Source: Malacoraja senta (taxonomy: Eukaryota). Taken from it: a DNA stretch of 64,000 nucleotides. Shown here in pieces: positions 54,001 to 64,000 of this stretch (the first letter of the stretch is position 1; every line of letters starts with the position of its first letter). The position numbers and the translations under genes were made by a program. The notes under the pieces were generated by a model that was not told the DNA's origin, searched no databases, and saw only the letters and a list, made by a program, of their open reading frames with translations. The DNA lies in NCBI GenBank assembly GCA_038087875.1, contig CM075997.1:6140001-6204000 (forward strand). The letters run 5' to 3'.

Positions 54001-56620
54001 TTTTTTTTTTTTTTTTAACATTACATCCCAACTTCTATATTCAATGCTCTGATTTATAAAGGCCAGCACCCCAAAAGCTTTCTTTACCACCCTATCTACA
54101 CGAGATTCCACCTTCAGTTATTCCTAGATCCCTCTGTTCAACTGCATTCCTCAATTCTCTACCATTTACCATGTACGTCCTATTTTGATTTGTCCTGCCG
54201 AGATGTAGTACCTCACATTTATCAGCATTAAACTCCATCTGCCATCTTTCAGCCCACTCTTCCAAATGGCCTAAATCTCTCTGTAGACTTTGAAAATCTA
54301 CTTCATTATCCACCACACCACATATCTTAGTATCATCTGCATACTTACTAATCCAATTTTCCACACCATCATCCAGATCATTGATGTACATGACAAACAA
54401 CAGTGGACCCAACACAGACCCCTGAGGCACCCCACTAGTCACCGGCCTCCAACCTGACAAACAGCCATCCACCATTACTCTCTGGCATCTCCCATTCAGC
54501 CACTGTTGAATCCATCTTGCTACTCCACCATTAATACCCAACAATTGAAGTTGAAAAAAAGCCATAAGAAGTCCCGTTTGCAGTTTGCCACAGCCATGTG
54601 GGGGACACAGCAAACATGTGGAGGAAGGTGCTCTGGTCAGATGAGACCAAAATTGAAGTTTTTGGCCTAAATGCAAAATGCTATGTGTGGCGGAAACCTA
54701 ACACTGCACCCTGAACACACCATCCCCACTGTGAAACGTGGTGGCAGCATCATGCTGTGGGGATGCTTTTCTTCAGCAGGGACAGGGAAGCTGGTCAGAG
54801 TTGATGGGAAGATGGATGGAGCCAAATACAGGGCAATCTTGGAAGAAAACCTGTTAGAGTCTGCAAAAGACTTGAGACTGGGGCGGAGTTTCACCTTCCA
54901 GCAGGACAACGACCCTAAACATACAGCCAGAGCTACAATGGAATGGTTTAGATCAAAGCATATTCATGTGTTAGAATGGCCCAGTCAAAGTCCAGACCTA
55001 AATCCAACTGAGAATCTCTGGCAAGACTTGAAAATTGCTGTTCACAGACGCTCTCCATCCAATCTGACTGAGCTTGAGCTATTTTGCAAAGAAGAATGGG
55101 CAAAAATTTCAGTCTCTAGATGTGCAAAGCTGGTAGAGACATACCCCAAAAGACTTGCAGCTGTAATTGCAGCGAAAGGTGGTTCTACAAAGTATTGACT
55201 CAGGGGGGCTGAATACTTTTGCACACAACACTTTTCAGTTTTTTATTTGTAAAAAAATTTGAAAACCATGTATAATTTTCCTTCCACAATTATGCACCAC
55301 TTTGTGGTGGTCTATCACATAAAATCCCAATAAAATACATTTACGTTTGTGGTTGTAACGTGACAAAATGTGGAAAAGTTCAAGGGGTATGAAAACGTTT
55401 GCAAGCCACTGTAGATGACATCTTTAAAAGGAAGGCATATGGGATACTGGCCTTCAATGGTCAGGTTATCAAATACAAAAGCAAGAAGGTGATGCTCGAG
55501 CTTTGTAAAACTTTGGTTTGGATGTGATAGTGCTGGAGATGGTGCAATGGAGGTTCACTAGAATGAAAGCTACCTAGGATGGAGTGTTTCAGTTGTGAGG
55601 AGAGCCTTGAGAAGCTAGGTTTGTTCTCTCTGAAGTGAGGAGGTTAAGAGGGGACATTATTGAGATATGTAAAATTATGAAGGGTATAGGATGCACACAT
55701 AGGAGCTCATGGATTTAGTACCATGGTGGAGAACTTCAGAGGGGATATGAAGATGACTTTTCACTTTTGGTGAGCACCCAGAATATATTGCCTGAGTGGT
55801 TGATGCTAGGTCATTGACAGTATTTAACAATTCTCCAGATGACCACTTGAATCATTTTACATAGGGCGACATCCTAAACTTTCTGCAGTTTCGTACAGTC
55901 TTACAGATTGATTGATTGATTAATTGAAAGATAGAGCATGGAAACAGGCCCTGCAGCCCACCGAATCCACACTGACCATTGATCATACGTTCACATTAGT
56001 TCTATGTTTTCTCACTTTCTCAACCACTCCCTTCACACTACCAGCAATTTACAGAGGCAACTTACCTACAAACCTGCACTTCTTTGGAATGTGGGAGGAA
56101 TCCGGAGCACCCAGAAGAAACCCTCGCGGTCAGAAGTAGAACATGCAAATGCCACATCGATGGTACCCAAGTCACTATGCCGTCTTGGACGGAGCTGTTG
56201 CCAAACCAAGCAGTGATGCATCCCAATTGATGCGGACTGGGGCCATCTCGTTTCCTGACGTTATTAATTAGTTCCTTCATCTTGCTGACCTTGATGTCTT
56301 CTTGTTATCTTGACACCAGGTTACTAAGTTTTCTATCTTCGTCATTATTAGCGATCCGGCCCAGTACGTTGGTGTCATCAACAAACTTTGCATTGAGCTC
56401 AGCCATATATTCTGTCCCATACTCAATCCATTGGCTGACGCAGTGTTGTCAATCGATATTTCAGGCATATATTTGAATTGCTAATGTACCGGTTGAAATT
56501 GTTTTTGTGGACATTGATGTGAATGGACATCAAATTATATCCTTAAAAGACCGATCGTGAGCAGCAGTATTTTTTTATTTTGCATATCATTAATATTTCT
56601 CCATAATACTTGATGTTTAG

Positions 56621-56734
<114 letters not shown>

Positions 56735-57603
56735 TAAGGTATCACAGAAATAGTTTTAAAAGAACAGAAAAACATGATTTGTTTCCAGTTGTTATCCCAT
56801 GGAATATTCATGCATTGGATATTAGATTTATTTTGTGTGTTGACTCTGAACAAGTAATATATCAAGTGCGCTGTGCTGTGTCTTTTATTTAAGATCAATA
56901 TAAAATCTCAGTGATATTGTAAATGTGATCAACAAGAAAAAAGAAACACATGTAAGGTTTAGGAAGCTGAAATTAGAAGCTTTTGAGGAATAGCAAAATA
57001 CATTAAACAGGACTAAAAAGAGCATGAAATGTCATTGGTGGGTTGGATTAAGGAAAAGCTCAAGGAATTCTGTATAGACATTTAATTACAAGATGAGAGC
57101 GAGGAAAAGGACACTCAAGGACAAGGAGGGAATTTACATCGGAAGCCAGAGGAACTTGGCGAGATATAAATGAGTACTTTGCATTGGTAGTCACCAAGAA
57201 TACGGACATGGAGGATAGTGATATTAGGGAGGGGTCTGTTGATATTCTAGGGCACTTTGAATCAAGAAGGAGGAAGTAGTGGGTCTCTTGAAGAACACTA
57301 TGGTGATATGTTGCCGGCACTTGATAGGATCTATCCCACGTTATTGAGGGAGGCCAGAGAGGAGATTGCTAGGGGATTGGCAGAGATCTATGTATCTTCT
57401 TTAGCCACAGCCACAGAGAACTGGAGAAAAACCAAGGATATTTCTTTGTTTAGAAGAGCAACAGAGATCGTCAAGCAAATTATAGGCTGGAGAGCGTTAT
57501 ATCAGTGGTCAGGAAATTATGGAAAACATTCTTTGTCAAAGGATTTACTCACATTTGGAAAAGTACGGACGGATTAGAGTTAGTCAGTATGGCTTTGTGT
57601 GAT

Positions 57604-57768
57604 GTGTAGAAAGGAACTCCAGATGCTGGTTTAAACCAAAGATAGACACAAAAAGCTGGAGTAACTCAGCGGGACAAGCAACGTCGAGACCCGAAACGTC
57701 ACCCATTCCTTCTCTTGAGGAAGCTGCTTGTCCCGCTGAGTTACTCCAGCTTTTTGTGTCTATCTTTG
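57604..57768. mobile_element. Inverted (head-to-head) copy of the Penelope-derived repeat inside an old CR1 fragment
   Basis: The arms aagatagacacaaaaagctggagtaactcagcgggacaagca and tgcttgtcccgctgagttactccagctttttgtgtctatctt are perfect complements. Flanked by the direct repeat tggctttgtgtga. Confidence 0.8.
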
Positions 57769-59553
57769 GCTTTGTGTGACGGTGTTCCTGTCATATGAAC
57801 TTGACTGAGGTTGTTGAGGAGGTGACAAAGATAATTGATGAGGGTAATACATGTGGATATTGTGTGCACAGACTTTAGTAAAAGATGAAATGTATAGATG
57901 AAATATTAAAAGAACATAGCACAGTGTATATATTGATTTGCTAAATGATTATTATTGTTAACAAGTTAAATGGTATGTAAATATTTAATAATCTATTCAT
58001 CGCTGGGCATTATCACAATATACATAAGTGGATAACCATGGGTGGGGTTTCAGCGGCAGATGAGCTAATGCAAGGGTGGAGCAGAGGTAATGTTTCCTGA
58101 AATTAAAGGACTTGTTGAAGGTACAGGCATGTGGTTTGGGTGTCATCTCTATGTAAGGGCATGGTTCTGAGCTTTGAATTGTCGGGTTTCACCTTGGATA
58201 GCTCCCAGGGAATGGTTGGGGAGGTTGATTGGGTGGCTAGATGACCAAACTGTTTTAGGTAATTTTGGACAATAATTTATGCTCTCTTCAATAACTTCAA
58301 GAAGTTTGCTGCATCCCTGCTGTACCAGAAATTTTAAATGCTAGATATACGCCATGGTTTACAAATTGATGGTTACTTGCTGTGCCTTAAGGCGAGAGCC
58401 ATGGTTTGAGCATCATTACCATCACTCCCTGTCAGCATTTCTATTCATTAATTTGAGCAGGATTTGATTCTGTGTTTGAAGTTGTAGGTGAAAGACTTCA
58501 GCTGAAGAACTTTAGTATTTGGCTTCATTTGATGTACATTTTTGTTACAGCCTTCCCAATTCATGCATCCTGTTATTTAATTAAAAATATCTGGGTTTTT
58601 TCCCCCAGTACTCAGTTATGACTAATTTTGGTGTTGAATCATTTGTAAAACAGCTTTATTGCACAAAGACAAATGTAGAAAATGTATCCTCTTCTCTTAG
58701 ACATAAGATTAGCTATTACTTCATGAACGCCTATATGGAACTATGGCTTCGCAGAGCGTGTGGAGAAACAGACTTTGCTAGTCTAGTGTACCTACTGATG
58801 GTAACGTAGGCTCTGCATAATTTCTGACACTAAATCTTAGTACTACCATTGCACATGATCCATTGACAAGTATTTTGTACAATTGCTGCAAAATCTGATG
58901 ATCAGAGCAACAAACTGAAGGTATGGTTATCCCTTAATTCTTTGTTAGATCAAGTATTTAATCAATGTAAGCGTTAGAGAGATGTGAGGGTATTTTCAAG
59001 ACGTCCATGACAAAACACTACCCAGTTTGTTGAAAAGATGGAAGAGAAGGCGAGATAAATTAACTGATAAAATAATACAAAAGGATTCTGAAAGTGTCAT
59101 CGTCAGCAAAAAGGAAATTGAACTGATATATTTGTACCCAGCCTTGGAATAACAAAGTGAAATCTGGGAAAAGTGAATTCAGACAGTTAGAAGACTCAAT
59201 TAGATGATTTTAGCACTCATATTAACGTTGGAATTTCAAGAGCAACATAAAAATTATAATTTCATATAAATAAAAACTAAATGATGAGGCTCCAAGAAAA
59301 AAGATGACCTTACTTTATTTGTGGATAGGATCACTTGAACCTACTTTGACACAGTTATATTTAACTATCGTGGAGAAATGCAAGGAAGTAGTCACAGATC
59401 TGGTAGAAACATTTACCCTTTCCTGTTCTCTGATCTATGAACACAGCAATGTTGTACAAAAACTATCCTTAACAATTGTGTGATAAGATAGTTAACCACT
59501 AAGTCATGTCTTTATTCCCAACCCCTCCTGTTTTCAATCTCACCCTTCCTTAG

Positions 59554-59650
59554 GCATCGCGCATCTAACCTCTTCATCGAAGGTTATAGAAATTCCTGGA
59601 TTGATACCGAGGAACATTCGTTTGAAGATAAACTAATAAATGATCTGGCT
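59554..59650 (+). CDS. RYR1: RyR exon (exon 75 equivalent), 97 nt
   Basis: ccttAG acceptor and GTaagt donor. Encodes HRASNLFIEGYRNSWIDTEEHSFEDKLINDLA. Confidence 0.94.
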
Positions 59651-60630
59651 GTAAGTACTGGTTTCTGTGAGCTGGCATGCAGCTGTGCTGTACCAGTACG
59701 TACAACCCTGTTTCTGCACCATCTGCTGTTGCTTGTATTATCATTGTCCAGTCTGTGGCACAGTAATGCCGTCTTCTGTCATTCTATGTTGCATCATTGG
59801 AAACTGGAAATAGCTGAGCCATGGAATTAAGCCATTTCTATGGCGGAGAAATGGTTAAAGCTAAATTTGGCATAAAAAATACGTTTTGCCAAATTCTGCA
59901 AGTCATTCTTCTTGGTGCATTTTAAATTGAACTTGCACTTACCAGGTTTCCTGCTGAAAGGGAAATCATATCTTCAGACCAATTTACATCAGAATTAGGA
60001 TTTTGTGGATCTTGAATAATATCAAAAATGTTGGAAGAATGAATTGGAAATGGAATGAATAAGTTGAATTCATACACCTTAAAAAGAAAATAGTGTTGGG
60101 TAATGATTACTTAAATAGAACAGCAAATATAATTTGCCCATCTAAATGATTAGTGCCTGTCAGTTTACTTAATGTTCCTCAACTGACATCATCTATCCTC
60201 TTGGTGACCTCTTCAAAAAAACTCAGATTCAGGAGATACAATTCCAATGCACAAAGGCATGCTAACTACCTTTAATTAGTCCCTGTCTATCAAATAATGG
60301 TAGATCTTGTCCCTCAGAATCCCCACCAACATCTTCCCCACCACTGAGGACAGGCTCACCAGCCTTTAGTTCCTTGGTTTGTCTTTGCTGCCTTTCTTAA
60401 ATAACAGTACAAAATTAGCCACCCTCCAGTCTTCTCAAACGTCACCCATGCCCAAAAATGGTACAAATATCGCTGCAATTTCTTCAGTAGCTTCCCAGAA
60501 AGTCAGGGAGTGCACTTGGTTAGGCTCTGGGCATTTATCCACTGTAATACGCTTTAAAACCGGCAATACCTTTTCTGTGGTAATTCGTTTATGGCCTAAC
60601 TCATCTCACGTCACGTCAACGCCTATATAA

Positions 60631-61255
60631 CAAGAGGAATATAGGAGCAAAGAGGTCCTTCTGCAGATGTACAGAGCCCTAGTGAGACCACACCTGGAGT
60701 ATTGTGTGCAGTTTTGGTCCCCTAATTTGAGGAAGGACATTCTTGCTATTGAGGGAGTGCAGCGTAGGTTTACAATGTAAATTCCCGGGATGGCGGGACT
60801 GTCATATGCTGAGAGAATGGAGCAGCTGGGCTTGTACACTCTGGAGTTTAGAAGGATGAGAGGGTATGTCATTGAAACATATAAGATTGTTAAGGGCTTG
60901 GACACGCTAGAGGCAGGAAACATGTTCCCGATGTTGGGAGAGTCCAGAACCAGGGCCCACAGTTTAAGAATAAGGAGTAAGCCATTTAGAACGGAGACGA
61001 GGAAACAGTTTTTCTCACAGAGAGTGGTGAGTCTGTGGAATTCTCTGCCTCAGAGGGCGGTGGAGGCAGGTTCTCTGGGTGCTTTCAAGAGAGAGCTAGA
61101 TAGGGCTCTTAAAAATAGCGGAGTCAGGGGATATGGGGAGAAGGCAGGATTGGGGATTGATTGGGGATGATCAGCCATGATCACATTGAATGGCGGTGCT
61201 GGCTCAAAGGGCCAAAATGGCCTACTCCTGCACCTATTGTCTATTGTCTATTGTC
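60631..61255 (+). mobile_element. CR1 LINE 3' fragment
   Basis: LVRPHLEYC...VVSLWNSLP peptide and (ctattgt)n tail. Confidence 0.9.
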
Positions 61256-62581
61256 AATTTCTTAAATTTCATGATCTTCTAAGTATAAACAAATGAGAAA
61301 ATAATTTTATTAACTTCCTCATCTCTTGTCTATGATGATCTTTAAGGGAATCTATTCTCTACCCAATCACCCTTTTTCTCAATACATAGCTGTAGAATAT
61401 TTTAAGATTTTCATATACCTTGCCTGTCAGATCCATTTCATGTCCTGTTATTGCCTTAAGTATACTCCAACATTTATTATGCTTGCCGAGGGATTCACTG
61501 ATCGCGACTGAGGTATGTCTCCTTCCCTAAACTTGCCAACCTTGCCGTCACCCAAACAGGAACATGGTGCTCCTGTACCCTTGTAATGTCACTTTTGAAA
61601 CCCTTCCACTAACACTTTCCTGTAAACTGACTTTGCAAATTCTCGTCTAATGTCTCCAAAATTGGCCTTGCCCAAATGTAGGATCGTAATTTGTGGATTG
61701 GTCTTATCCTTCCCTACAACTACCTTAATTGTGATTTTTGAGAGTAGAGCAGTGGATGTTGTCCACCTCAATCTTAGCAAGGTATCTGATAAAGTATGTT
61801 ATGGTAGGCAAGATGCATGGATCCACAGTGACTCGGCCATTTGGATTCAGAACTGACAAAGAGAAGATTGTCATGGAAGGGTGTTATTCTGACTGGAGGC
61901 CTGTAACCAGTGGTGTTCCATCAGAATCTGTGCCGGGACCTCTGTAGATTGTAGGTAGACACAAAATGCTGGAGTAACTCAGCGGGACAGGCAGCATCTC
62001 TGGAGAGAAGGAATGGGTGATGTTTCGGGTCGAGAACCTTCTTGTTTGGGATATATAGACATGACGAGTGTAAATATAGATGGGTTGGTTACCAAATTTG
62101 AAGACAACGCCAAAATTGATGTCAAAGTATACAGCGGGATATATATCAGCTACAGAAATGGGCGAAGGAATGGTCAATGGAGTTTAATCCGAGCAAGTGT
62201 GCGGTGTTGCACTTTTGGAGGTCGTCTATAAGGGGACAATATACAGTCCATGGCAAGACCCTTAACAGCATTGATGTACAGAGGATACTTGAGGTCCAAG
62301 TCCCTAGTTCCCTGAGAGTTGAAAACAGAAGAGAGAGTGATTAAAAAAAGGCGTATGGTATGCTTGCTATGGTATGTATCAGTCAGGGCATTCAGTAAAA
62401 GAGTAAGGAAGTTATGTAGCTCCTTTATAGGACTTTCGTTATGCAGCATTGGAGTATTGTACAGTTCTTGTTGCCCTATTACAGGAAGGATGTGGAGCCT
62501 TTTTGAAAAAGTGTAGAAGTGGTTTATCAGAATTCTGCCTGTGTTAGCGGAAATTATTTCAGACTGTCAGAGTAGACCAGT

Positions 62582-63950
62582 TATAGACCAGTTAGCCTGA
62601 CATTGGTGGTGGGGAAGATACTGGAGTCAATCATAAAAGATGAAATAGCGGCACATTTGGATAGCAGTAACAGGATCAGTCCGAGTCCGCGTGGATTTAC
62701 GAAGGGGAAATCATGCTTCACTAATCTGGAATTTTTTGAGATATGACTCGGAAAATGGACAATGGAGAGCCAGAGGATGTAGTGTACCTGATCTTTCAGA
62801 AAGCATTTGATAAGGTCCCACACAGGAGATTAGTGGGCAAAATAAGGGCACATGGTATTGGGGGTAGAGTGCTGCATGGATAGAAAATTGGTTGGCAGAC
62901 AGGAAACAAAGAGTAGGGATTAACGGGTCCCTTTCAGAATGGCAGGCAGTGACTAGTGGGGTACCGCAAGGCTCGGTGCTGGGACTGCAGCTATTTACAA
63001 TATACATCAATGATTTAGATGAAGGGATTCAAAGTAACATGAACAAATTTGCAGATGACACAAAGCTGGGTGGCAGTGTGAACTGTGAGGAGGATGCTAT
63101 GAGAATGCAGGGTGACTTGGACAGGTTGGGTGAGTGGGCAGATGCAGTTTAATGTGGATCAATGTGAGGTCATCCACTTTGATAGCAAAAACAAGAAAGG
63201 CAAATTATTATCTAAATGGTGTCAAGTTGGGAAAGGGGGATGTACAACGGGATCTGGGGGTCCTTGTTCATCAGTCTATGAAAGTAAGCATGCAGGTACA
63301 CCAGGCAGTGATGAAAGTGAATGGCATATTGGCCTTCATAACAAGAGTAGTTGAGTATAGGAGCAAAGAGGTCCTCCTGCAGTTGTACAGGGCCCTAGTG
63401 AGACCAGACCTGGAGTATGGTGTGCCATTTTGGTCCCCTAATTTGAGGAAGGACATTCTTGCAGGAAGTGCAGCGTAGGTTCACAAGGTTAATTCCCGGG
63501 ATGGCGGGACTGTCATATGCTTAGAGAATGGAGCGGCTGGGCTTGTATACTCTGGAATTTAGAAGGATGGGAGGGGATCTTATGGAAACATATAAGATTA
63601 TTAAGGGTTTGGACATGCTAGAGGCAAGAAACATGTTCCGATGTTGGGGGAGTCCAGAACCAGGGGCCACGGTTTAAGAATAAGTGGTAAGCCATTTAGA
63701 ACGGAGATGAGGAAACACCTTTTCACACAGAGAGTTGTGAGTCTGTGGAATTCTCTGCCTCAGAGGGCGGTTCTCTGGATACTTTCAAGAGAGAGCTAGA
63801 TGGGGCTCTTAAAAATAGCGGAGTCAGGGGATATGGGGAGAAGGAAGGAATGGGGTACTGATTGTGGATGATCAGCCATGATCACATTGAATGGCGATGC
63901 TGGCTTGAAGGACCGAATGGCCTACTCCTGCACCTATTGTCTATTGTCTA
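62582..63950 (+). mobile_element. 5'-truncated CR1 LINE with frameshifts
   Basis: RT fragments GVPQGSVLG and KFADDTKLGG, with a ctattgt tail. Confidence 0.9.
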
Positions 63951-64000
63951 TAGTATCCGGTCATTGCACTCTACAAAAATGTGTCACCTGGCTTGACTCT

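Larger units (their letters stand above)
52452..54549 (-). mobile_element. CR1-type LINE (different subfamily) inserted in the Tc1 and split at 53076-54015
   Basis: Minus-strand RT peptides KLYKALVRPILEYGVQFWSP and GVPQGSVLGPLLF...KYADDTK. The LINE sequence resumes across the inner insert (tacaatttt|aacattac). Confidence 0.9.
51742..55411 (+). mobile_element. Second Tc1 copy of the same family, interrupted by a nested insertion of about 2.1 kb (5' part repeated at 15664-16373)
   Basis: TA|cagtggcttgc...gcaagccactg|TA termini. Transposase halves lie at about 52105-52451 and 54550-55198. The start reads ATG-TAG and there are small deletions. Confidence 0.94.

Overview
This is eukaryotic, repeat-rich intronic DNA. 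The repeat families suggest a cartilaginous fish, probably a skate or ray (inference). It carries ten + strand exons of a ryanodine receptor gene, best matching RYR1 and equivalent to human exons 66-75, at 26265-59650. These include an 18-nt microexon (AGEDGQ) at the position of the alternatively spliced ASI exon 70 and the calmodulin-binding exon. Positions 1-16615 are a near-identical second copy of 36082-52692 (exons 70-73) that ends at a 200-N gap and has homopolymer frameshifts in two exons, most likely a false assembly duplication. The introns hold CR1, L2 and Rex1 LINE fragments, tRNA-derived SINEs, Passport/Eagle-like Tc1 transposons, three PIF/Harbinger MITEs and a four-level nested insertion. 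They also hold about ten copies of a short Penelope-derived element whose head reads as a minimal hammerhead ribozyme. One of these copies is an intact 39-nt tandem dimer in sense orientation in intron 71. Human exon numbers and sizes, and family assignments, are from recall rather than a database search.
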